A stretch of 17,569 bases of DNA from an uncultured ANME-1 euryarchaeote (GTDB taxonomy: Archaea > Halobacteriota > Syntropharchaeia > Alkanophagales > Methanospirareceae): NCBI GenBank assembly GCA_965195275.1, contig CBDAFQ010000013.1, forward strand, positions 1-17,569, read 5' to 3'. Each line of letters begins with the position of its first letter. Positions within the stretch are counted from its first letter, which is position 1. The position numbers and the translations under genes were made by a program. Positions 7,350 to 14,297 of this stretch are shown piece after piece. The notes beneath the pieces were generated by a model, which did no database searches, had not been told where the DNA came from, and worked only from the letters and a program-made list of their open reading frames with translations.

Positions 7350-7369
7350 GTAGATAAAAAAAAACAAAG

Positions 7370-9130
7370 GTGAAAGGTATGAAGCAAGAGATACGAACGC
7401 CCATACTCTCGGTACTTGGACATATAGATCATGGTAAGACCTCACTACTTGATTCGATACGGGGCACAGCAATCACAGCAAAGGAAGCAGGTCGTGTGAC
7501 GCAGCATATAGGTGCGACAGAAATCCCTATTGATACAATAAAAAAGATTTGTAAACCACTAAAAAGGGATTGGACAGGAATAGAAATACCTGGTTTGCTT
7601 TTCATTGACACTCCAGGGCATCATGCCTTCGCATCATTGAGGAAACGCGGAAGTGCTTTAGCTGATGTCGCGGTCCTTGTAGTGGATGTGATGGAGGGTT
7701 TTCAACCGCAGACATACGAATCGTTAAACATTTTAAGGCTATTAAAAACGCCTTTTGTTGTTGCATTGAACAAAATAGACCGGGTAAGTGGCTGGAATTC
7801 GACGAATAAACCTTTCATTATCAATTATAAAGATCAGCCGGATTATGCGCGGAATGAACTGGACGCGCGGATATATGATATGGTAGGAGACCTTTACGAT
7901 AAAGGCTTCTCGGCTGACAAGTATGACCAGATAAGAGATTTCGCAAAGACTGTGGGTATTGTGCCGCTGAGTGCACAGACCGGAGAAGGGATTGCTGATT
8001 TACTCCTTGTGCTCATAGGATTATCGCAGAAGTTCTTTGAGATGACTCTGCGTCTACATTTAGAAAAAGCGGGTGTTGGCACGATATTAGAGAAGAAGGA
8101 GGAAAGAGGGCTCGGAACTACGATTGATGTGATATTATATGATGGTAAGATCAGCGTGGGCGATACAATCGTGGGTGGTGGCACTGATGAGGAACCAATA
8201 GTTACAAAGGTGAAGGCATTGCTGAAACCAAGAGCACTGCAAGAGATACGGGTAGAGCAACGGTTTGAGCGGGTAAAAACGGTGAATGCCGCTTCTGGTG
8301 TGAAGATAGTAGCACCGAATATAGAAACTGCGCTCCCGGGTGCACAGGTGAGAGTGGTTGGAGAAGGAGATGTACTTGAGAACGTGGTGAAATTGGTTAA
8401 GAGCGAGATAGAGGAGATGAGGATGGAGACATCACCAGAAGGGCTAATAATAAAGGCAGATACCATGGGCTCACTGGAAGCGCTTGCTTCTGAGCTGCGA
8501 GATGAAGAGATAGAGGAGATAAAAAAGGCAGAGGTTGGGAATATATCTAAAAGGGATGTGATAGATGCGGGTACGGTTAAGAACCGTTATTCCGGTGTTA
8601 TTTTGGGCTTTAATGTTGACCTCCTCCCGGATGCAAAAGAGATGGTTAGGGAGAATGGAATACCAGTATTTATAAGCGATGTCATTTACCGGTTGATAGG
8701 AGAGTATAAGGACTGGATGAAGGGAGAGAAGGAGAAAGAGAAGCGTGAGATTATCGAACGGCTGCCCACACCTGCTAAGATTAAGATCCTGCCTGGGTGT
8801 GTGTTCAGGCAAAGCAAGCCCGCCATCGTAGGTGTGGAAGTTCTTGGTGGGAAGATACAAACAGGTGTGGACCTGATAAAAGCGGATGGTACCAACATAG
8901 GCACGATAAATGAGATACAAGATAAAGCAGAGAGCATAAAAAGTGCGGGACTGGGGATGCAAGTCGCTATTTCAATGAAGAAACCGACTGTGGGGCGGCA
9001 AATAAATGAGAAAGATCTATTATATGTGGATATTAGCAAAGAAGAAGCGAAAGCACTATCTGGTTTGTTGTCCGCTGATGAAGAGGATGTGTTAGAGGAG
9101 TTGATGAAACTAAAAAGCCGGCATTTGTAA
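7370..9130 (+). CDS. infB: Translation initiation factor aIF5B (archaeal IF-2 homolog)
   Basis: The G-domain motifs are GHIDHGKTSLLD (G1), DTPGH (G3) and NKID (G4). The 586-aa length is typical of aIF5B. The gene starts 20 nt after the dnaJ stop and has a GGTGAAAGGT ribosome-binding site. Confidence 0.9.
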   Translation: MKGMKQEIRTPILSVLGHIDHGKTSLLDSIRGTAITAKEAGRVTQHIGATEIPIDTIKKICKPLKRDWTGIEIPGLLFIDTPGHHAFASLRKRGSALADVAVLVVDVMEGFQPQTYESLNILRLLKTPFVVALNKIDRVSGWNSTNKPFIINYKDQPDYARNELDARIYDMVGDLYDKGFSADKYDQIRDFAKTVGIVPLSAQTGEGIADLLLVLIGLSQKFFEMTLRLHLEKAGVGTILEKKEERGLGTTIDVILYDGKISVGDTIVGGGTDEEPIVTKVKALLKPRALQEIRVEQRFERVKTVNAASGVKIVAPNIETALPGAQVRVVGEGDVLENVVKLVKSEIEEMRMETSPEGLIIKADTMGSLEALASELRDEEIEEIKKAEVGNISKRDVIDAGTVKNRYSGVILGFNVDLLPDAKEMVRENGIPVFISDVIYRLIGEYKDWMKGEKEKEKREIIERLPTPAKIKILPGCVFRQSKPAIVGVEVLGGKIQTGVDLIKADGTNIGTINEIQDKAESIKSAGLGMQVAISMKKPTVGRQINEKDLLYVDISKEEAKALSGLLSADEEDVLEELMKLKSRHL

Positions 9131-9282
9131 CCACAAGATTACACAGATTTCCACGAGAGAAATTGTGAAGATGCAAGAAAATAAATTATTGACACAGATT
9201 AACGCAGATTGACACAGAAGAAATCAAATCAGTGTAAATCTACGTCTTAAATATGTAGAAGTTATACTTTAGATACAACAAG
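9128..9282 (+). repeat. Copy A of a roughly 160-bp interspersed intergenic repeat (TAACCACAAGATTAYACA ... ATTATTGACACAGATTAAC ... CAGAAGAAAT.AAATC.GTGTAAATCT ... GAAGTTATACT ... ATACAACRAG). It begins at the infB stop codon.
   Basis: It shows block-wise identity with 13964-14128 in the same orientation. The internal short direct repeats are CACAGATTAAC / GCAGATTGAC / CACAGAAG. Confidence 0.7.
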
Positions 9283-9302
9283 ATACAAGTCAAACTTGTA
9301 TC
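9282..9302. terminator. Hairpin GATACAAG-tcaaa-CTTGTATC between convergent gene ends (infB plus strand, HEPN gene minus strand)
   Basis: It is a perfect 8-bp inverted repeat. A related hairpin built from the same GATACA/TGTATC arms lies at 10228-10255. Confidence 0.4.
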
Positions 9303-9317
9303 CTGCATCTGACATTA

Positions 9318-9699
9318 TTACAAAACCCACTTAAGCGTCAGCACAAGTTCCTTTACGGCTTCTGCGTGATCCATTACCGTTTCCGGTGGTAACCAGTCCT
9401 CATAGAAGTTCTGATGTAAGGTACTTGCGAGACTAAATAACCGTACGAGCTCCGGCTCTTCAAGTTCCGTACCCATTTTTTGATACGAATGTATACAATT
9501 CGGCATGCGATTTTATTACAATGCCTCGCCGTGCTGCTATCGCCTTGACGATTTCAGCAGCAGCGCCCCGGAGCTTCTCAGATGCCTGAACAAAGTCCTC
9601 CTTCGCTATCAGCGCATACGCGTCCATCGGATATTTATCGTTCAATTTGAGATACTGTTTGTTCTGCTTTTTGCGCATATGCTTCACTGCTCGTAGCAT
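9318..9699 (-). pseudogene. HEPN-domain protein of the PaREP1-like family, disrupted by a frameshift in an A6 homopolymer (plus-strand T6 at 9476-9481)
   Basis: Two overlapping minus-strand ORFs (9460-9699 and 9318-9506) together give ...DFVQASEKLRGAAAEIVKAIAARRGIVIKSHAELYTFVSK / MGTELEEPELVRLFSLASTLHQNFYEDWLPPETVMDHAEAVKELV. Removing one A from the A6 run fuses them into one continuous HEPN-like protein of about 125 aa. Confidence 0.6.
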
Positions 9700-9779
9700 A
9701 GTCCTAACTTACTCGTAATATTATAAAAAGAATTAAAAGAGTTATTAGAAGAGGATTATATAATATAAAGGAGAAGAAA
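9700..9779. promoter_or_regulatory. AT-rich divergent promoter region with several TATA-like boxes (ATTATAAAAAG, GATTATATAATATAAAGG) and a GGAG Shine-Dalgarno sequence upstream of rps6e
   Basis: I read it by eye. It lies between the HEPN gene start at 9699 (minus strand) and the rps6e start at 9780 (plus strand). Confidence 0.4.
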
Positions 9780-10172
9780 ATGCAAGTAGTGATAAGCGAC
9801 CCGAAGACCGGGAAGGCGTACAAGGTGGAAGGTAAGGATACGGAAGCTCATGCTTTATTCATTGGCAAACGAATAGATGACGTTGTGGATGCGGATATTA
9901 TCGGCTTGGGCGGTTATGTATTGGAGATAACCGGCGGCTCGGATAAAGAAGGCATGCCGATGCGGAAAGATGTATCAGGAACCGCGCGAAGGCAGATTCT
10001 TATCACCTCCCCACCGGGCTACAGACCAACGGAGAATGGTAAAAGGAGACGGAAATCGGTCCGAGGTAACGAGATCTCAACTGAGATTTCGCAGATCAAC
10101 GTGAAGATAAAGGAGTATGGCTCGAAGCCGTTAGAGGGGCTATTTGGGGCAAGTGAAGAGAGGGGATCGTGA
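9780..10172 (+). CDS. rps6e: 30S ribosomal protein S6e
   Basis: The protein reads MQVVISDPKTGKAYKVE ... GGYVLEITGGSDKEGMPMRKDVSG ... RRRKSVRGN, which is the S6e signature. The 130-aa length fits. Confidence 0.9.
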   Translation: MQVVISDPKTGKAYKVEGKDTEAHALFIGKRIDDVVDADIIGLGGYVLEITGGSDKEGMPMRKDVSGTARRQILITSPPGYRPTENGKRRRKSVRGNEISTEISQINVKIKEYGSKPLEGLFGASEERGS

Positions 10173-10210
10173 TTGTGGATGCGAAACAAAATGGAAAGTG
10201 CAAAATAAGT
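10170..10210 (+). repeat. Copy 4 (truncated) of the 3'-end element, reading GATTGTGGATGCGAAACAAAATGGAAAGTGCAAAATAAGTAAA. It begins at the rps6e TGA stop.
   Basis: The core CAAAATGGAAAGTGCAAAA is identical to the core in 2461-2479. Confidence 0.6.
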
Positions 10211-10227
10211 AAATATTAAAGATGCTT

Positions 10228-10297
10228 GATACAAGATGCAGGTCAAACGTGTATCATGTATCCGGCATCCGGTATCAGACATCGTTTTCTTGTTTTA
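10228..10297. terminator. Hairpin-like inverted repeat (GATACAAGATGCAGGTCAAACGTGTATC) followed by the T-runs TTTTCTTGTTTT, between convergent genes rps6e (plus) and the HD hydrolase gene (minus)
   Basis: It shares the GATACAAG/TGTATC arms and the CTGCATC motif with 9282-9310. The oligo-T tract is at 10285-10296. Confidence 0.4.
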
Positions 10298-11500
10298 ACG
10301 CCATAAGACCAACTCCGCCGCTTTCTTTACCTCTACCCGATATTTTTCAAGTGTGTAGACCCCCACTTTATAATTTTCCTGGAATGCTTGACTGAGCATA
10401 GACACGAGCGATGAAACTTCCCGTAAGCTTCTTAAGTCATTACCAACCGCGACTTTCGCAGCACTTTCTTTTACGTCTTCGCCTTTTTCTCCTTGAATAT
10501 CCAAAATGACATAGTTCATATCTACACCAGCTCGCTTACTTATCTCTTCTTCTAATTCCTTTCTTCGCTTTTCCGTTCTTAATTCCTCTGCTACACACAG
10601 GTCATTTATGCTTGTATATACCGCACGTTTGAATAATCGTCTCTCGTTTATCCGCACCATCATCTCCCTTGGATAACCTTTTGCATTCCTCAACGCAATA
10701 TCTAGTTCGGAATCATCCATTTGTCGCAATGCCAACGCGTCAGATCGCGATTCTATGCGATACTCAAGTGCTTTCAAGAGCATCAACTGCGCTATCCTAG
10801 CCGTGTGGTGTTTATAAACTGTAGGCGACATTAAGAATCGAGAGAAGAGTAAATATTCCGCTGGTAGTATCCCTTTTTCTGTTATGACAAGGCGGCCATT
10901 GAAGAACTCCAGGCCTTGTATGAGCCTTATATTGTCAACAACGCCGTATGCAACGCCAGTATAGTAGGCATCGCGAACCAAATAATCCATCTTATCCACG
11001 TCTATTTCTCCGTTTAAAAATCTCGAAAAATCGTGGTCGTCGTCATCGTCCCCCCCTACCCCTTTTATATAGCGCATTACCTTTCTCTTATCCACGCAAT
11101 GTTCTTCTAAGACGTCAGCAATAGTTTTAGAGTGTTCTGCGTCTTGTTTAAAGATTATATCCTCAATATCCTCATGACTTTTTCCCGTGATTTTTTTTAG
11201 CAGTGGTTCCGTCACGTGCGAGTAAGGACCATGACCGATGTCATGAATCAAGGAAGCGACAAGAAGCTCTTTCTCTTCCGCTTTTGATACTTCCAGTGTG
11301 TCAAGCAAGACGTTCGTCAAGTGATAAGTTCCAAGAGAATGTTCAAACCTCGTGTGATTTGCTCCCGGATAAACCAAATAAGCGAACCCAAGCTGTTTTA
11401 TTCGTCGCAACCTCTGCATCGCCGCGGTGTCGATTATCGCGATTGCAAGCGCATCTAGTTCTATATACCCGTGTATTGGATCTCTTATTACCGTTTGCAT
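10295..11500 (-). CDS. HD-domain phosphohydrolase (dGTPase / SAMHD1-like dNTP triphosphohydrolase family). The start is placed at the MQTVIRDPIHGY methionine, not at the upstream track ATG.
   Basis: DPIHGYIEL is the characteristic N-terminus. The HD motif is IHDIGHGPYSH. The TATA box TTTATATAGTAATTC (reverse complement of 11534-11548) sits at the right distance upstream of ATG 11500. Confidence 0.8.
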   Translation of the reverse strand: MQTVIRDPIHGYIELDALAIAIIDTAAMQRLRRIKQLGFAYLVYPGANHTRFEHSLGTYHLTNVLLDTLEVSKAEEKELLVASLIHDIGHGPYSHVTEPLLKKITGKSHEDIEDIIFKQDAEHSKTIADVLEEHCVDKRKVMRYIKGVGGDDDDDHDFSRFLNGEIDVDKMDYLVRDAYYTGVAYGVVDNIRLIQGLEFFNGRLVITEKGILPAEYLLFSRFLMSPTVYKHHTARIAQLMLLKALEYRIESRSDALALRQMDDSELDIALRNAKGYPREMMVRINERRLFKRAVYTSINDLCVAEELRTEKRRKELEEEISKRAGVDMNYVILDIQGEKGEDVKESAAKVAVGNDLRSLREVSSLVSMLSQAFQENYKVGVYTLEKYRVEVKKAAELVLWR

Positions 11501-11600
11501 CAAATTAAAAGAGAAAGGTTTGTTAAAGAAAAGAATTACTATATAAATTTGAGAGGGCAACTAAAAAAATATTTTCCCCCCTCCCACTCTCTCTTTTGCT

Positions 11601-13073
11601 TTACGCTATTTTTCGTCTCCGTACTGAATATGCAACTGCGAACAGAGACGCAATAGCGAAACCAACTTCAAAACCGGGTGGTGTCGGCGTTGGAGTCTCA
11701 GCAACAGTCGACTCTGGAGTTTCTACCACAGTTGGCGTTGGAGTCTCAGCAACAGTCGGCGTTGGGGTTTCAACAACCGTAGGCGTTGGTGTTTCTGCCA
11801 CTGTTGGCTTTGGCGATGGTGTCGACGGTACGATTGGACCCTTCAGCTCGAGTGGGTTCCCATATACAACACGTCCATTGTCGGTAATAGTCCATTCACA
11901 GAAACACCCCATCACATCACCGTGCTCATCAAACGTGATTTCGCCAGAAGCACCCAGATAGTTTATGGAATAAAAACCTTTTCGGATAGTATCTAATGCT
12001 TCACCGATGTCAGAAACGTCTTTATTTCCTGGCGGATTTGCAACATCTCGTAAACTGTCACGGATAGCCGTTCCGGAAGTGTCACCCGCTTTTTCTATCG
12101 CAAGTGCTACCACAGCCACTGCATCATAGCTGTTAGCGCAGTAGGCTTCAGGCTCCTTCCCGTACTCGGCCAGATATTTCTGCCGGAATGTTTCGTATGC
12201 GGGACCTCGCGAGTCAGGCGTTGTCCCTTTTAATCCCGCTATAATATAGTTACCCGCCTCGTCCTTGCCCACCATATCTGCCAAATTGTCACTCTTGAGC
12301 CCCTCAGAAAGTAGCCAAGCTATATTATCCATATAGCCGTTCTTGTATGCCGCTTTCAGCATACCACTGCCGGTCTCCGGATATGCACACAGCATAACGC
12401 AATCAGGATTCACGGCTGCTACTTGCTCTACTTCCGAATTGAATGTGGTTGTGTCAGGGTCGTATTTCACGGATTCCAATACCCTTCCGCCGAGCGTTTT
12501 GAATTCCTTCGTGAATGCCTTCTCGAATCCTACTCCGTATGGGTTCCAAACTACCAGCGTGCTCGCTGTCTTATAGCCCTGTTGGATAGCAAGCCTTCCC
12601 ATCGCTATTCCTTGCAATGCGTCAGAAGGGCATGTTCTAAAAAAGAGATCGTTGTCCGGATAGGTTGTAAATTCCACGCCTGTAACAGAAGGTGAAATCT
12701 GAAGAACGCCGTTACTCGTGGTATAACCAATGATTGCCTTGCAGGTTTCGCTGCCCGCTGTTCCGATTATTACCGAGACAGGGTACCAATCAAGGAGTTC
12801 ATGTGCCTTCACAACGGCTTCATCTTCTGACGTTTCGGTATCCTTGATTATAAGCTTAAGTCTTCCGCCGAGTACACCGCCGTTTTCGTTTACCTCTTTC
12901 ACTGCCAGATTCATCGCATCTGTCTCAGGTTTTCCGTACGCGCCTAAGTCCCCGGAAAATGGATAAAGAACTCCTATAGTCACATCTTCAGCACCCACCG
13001 TGCCCACGGATAGAACGGCTGCCAGAACAAAAGTTGCAATAACTAAACCCTCTGTTAAACCTTTTGTATTCAT
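11601..13073 (-). CDS. ABC-transporter-type solute-binding protein (periplasmic binding protein type 1, Liv-like) with an N-terminal signal peptide, a Thr/Pro-rich linker and a C-terminal PGF-CTERM archaeosortase sorting signal
   Basis: The N-terminus MNTKGLTEGLVIATFVLAAVLSVG is a signal peptide. The body resembles branched-chain amino-acid binding proteins. The C-terminus carries repeats of PTVAETPTPTVVETPT followed by PPGFEVGFAIASLFAVAYSVRRRKIA, that is PGF, a TM helix and a basic tail. An AAGGAGG ribosome-binding site lies just upstream of the ATG on the minus strand. Confidence 0.8.
   Translation of the reverse strand: MNTKGLTEGLVIATFVLAAVLSVGTVGAEDVTIGVLYPFSGDLGAYGKPETDAMNLAVKEVNENGGVLGGRLKLIIKDTETSEDEAVVKAHELLDWYPVSVIIGTAGSETCKAIIGYTTSNGVLQISPSVTGVEFTTYPDNDLFFRTCPSDALQGIAMGRLAIQQGYKTASTLVVWNPYGVGFEKAFTKEFKTLGGRVLESVKYDPDTTTFNSEVEQVAAVNPDCVMLCAYPETGSGMLKAAYKNGYMDNIAWLLSEGLKSDNLADMVGKDEAGNYIIAGLKGTTPDSRGPAYETFRQKYLAEYGKEPEAYCANSYDAVAVVALAIEKAGDTSGTAIRDSLRDVANPPGNKDVSDIGEALDTIRKGFYSINYLGASGEITFDEHGDVMGCFCEWTITDNGRVVYGNPLELKGPIVPSTPSPKPTVAETPTPTVVETPTPTVAETPTPTVVETPESTVAETPTPTPPGFEVGFAIASLFAVAYSVRRRKIA
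11686..11832. repeat. Tandem 24-nt direct repeats (about 6 units of GTTGGAGTCTCAGCAACAGTCGGC-like sequence) encoding the TPTPTV(A/V)E linker of the binding protein
   Basis: The periodicity can be read directly. It gives rise to the spurious antisense ORF 11596-11961. Confidence 0.7.
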
Positions 13074-13140
13074 AATTTCCTCCTTTTTAATTTAAAGGGT
13101 GTTTATGTGCTTAAAAAGATTGTGGTGCATATAAGGATAT

Positions 13141-13899
13141 TCACAACTCCAGCAACTCCTCTTTCTTCAGTCTGTCCACAATCTCCTTAACACAGTCTCT
13201 TAAATTCCGTCTGTTATCATATCCATCAAAAAGAGCAGCTAAATTAGCTTTACCGTTCTTCTTCTCTTTAATTATAGCTATGAGGTTTCCCATTGCCCTT
13301 TCTATATCATCCACAATGCTCACGGTCGCAAACCGGGAAGTTCTGGATAGCGGATTCAGATCAACTGTTATCACCTTCTTCCCCATCTTTATGAGCGCTT
13401 CACATCGGTCACCGTCTTCCAAAGGTGCAAGAACCACATCAGCGCTGTAAATACCTTCGTGATCTACCTTTGCACGTGCATGCGCTATTCCGGGTATTCT
13501 CGCATCGGCTTTATCGCCAAGCACGTTAGCAGCCCCTTGCTCCTCTAATCGCGCTTTTATTCGTCTCGCCCGCTCTTCGGTTCTATAAAATATATTCACC
13601 TCTAAAGGTGCGTTTATCAATTTGCTCAACTCAATTATCTCCTTTGTGACTAATGCAGCAGCATTACCATTCACAGAAATAACTGGCTTCTGCGCAATAA
13701 GTAACAAAGCAGCAGCAGCTTCTGTCGCTTTCCGCGCCGAATTTAACGTTCTTTCACCGATTAAATAATCAAATGCTTCGCCCCTACCATGTGCTATCAA
13801 GCCTTGCTTGCCAGTTATCCCCACTTCTAAGCCAGCAACGAGTTTCTCACGCTTCTTTAATGATTCATAGCGTGGATGTGTTTTTGGAATCATCGTCAT
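13141..13899 (-). CDS. Probable phosphopantothenate synthetase (4-phosphopantoate--beta-alanine ligase) of the archaeal CoA pathway. The start codon is uncertain (M1 or M3).
   Basis: IPKTHPRYESLKKREKLVAGLEVGITGKQGLIAHGRGEAFDYLIGE matches my memory of the archaeal PPS (DUF137/COG1701) N-terminal signature. No search was run. Confidence 0.5.
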   Translation of the reverse strand: MTMIPKTHPRYESLKKREKLVAGLEVGITGKQGLIAHGRGEAFDYLIGERTLNSARKATEAAAALLLIAQKPVISVNGNAAALVTKEIIELSKLINAPLEVNIFYRTEERARRIKARLEEQGAANVLGDKADARIPGIAHARAKVDHEGIYSADVVLAPLEDGDRCEALIKMGKKVITVDLNPLSRTSRFATVSIVDDIERAMGNLIAIIKEKKNGKANLAALFDGYDNRRNLRDCVKEIVDRLKKEELLEL

Positions 13900-13963
13900 C
13901 TGATTATCTATATATACACCTTCATAGATTTAAATCAGTGAATTATAGTTGATTCCGAAGTTA

Positions 13964-14128
13964 TAACCACAAGATTATACACATTTTTTACAAGAAAGCA
14001 TAATATCCAACTAAAATTGATTATTGACACAGATTAACACTGATTAACGCAGAAGAAATTAAATCCGTGTAAATCCGTGTAAATCTGCATCTTGAATGGA
14101 TGGAAGTTATACTGGTATATACAACGAG
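13964..14128 (+). repeat. Copy B of the roughly 160-bp interspersed repeat, with an internal tandem duplication AATCCGTGTA x2
   Basis: It aligns block-wise with 9128-9282 in the same orientation. It lies in a 400-bp intergenic region between two minus-strand genes. Confidence 0.7.
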
Positions 14129-14297
14129 AGAACAATAACAGGAATCCATTTTCTGTCTTTCATCTTTGATTTTATCCCATATCAAGCACTACTTCTTGTG
14201 TTAATCTCGTGAAATCTCGTGGTTTATTAATTGCAATTTATTACGGGAATGGGCCATATACCACCTGGGGGTACTCATAGATCTAAAGTGGTTTGCT

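Noticed and set aside
9128-9282. The 160-bp repeat as a MITE
   Set aside because: I found no terminal inverted repeats or flanking target-site duplications. The GAAGTTATA match at the start and end of copy B is absent from copy A.
11596-11961. 121-aa plus-strand ORF rich in GVGVSATV repeats
   Set aside because: It is the antisense reading of the TPTPTV tandem repeats in the binding-protein gene and is not an independent gene.
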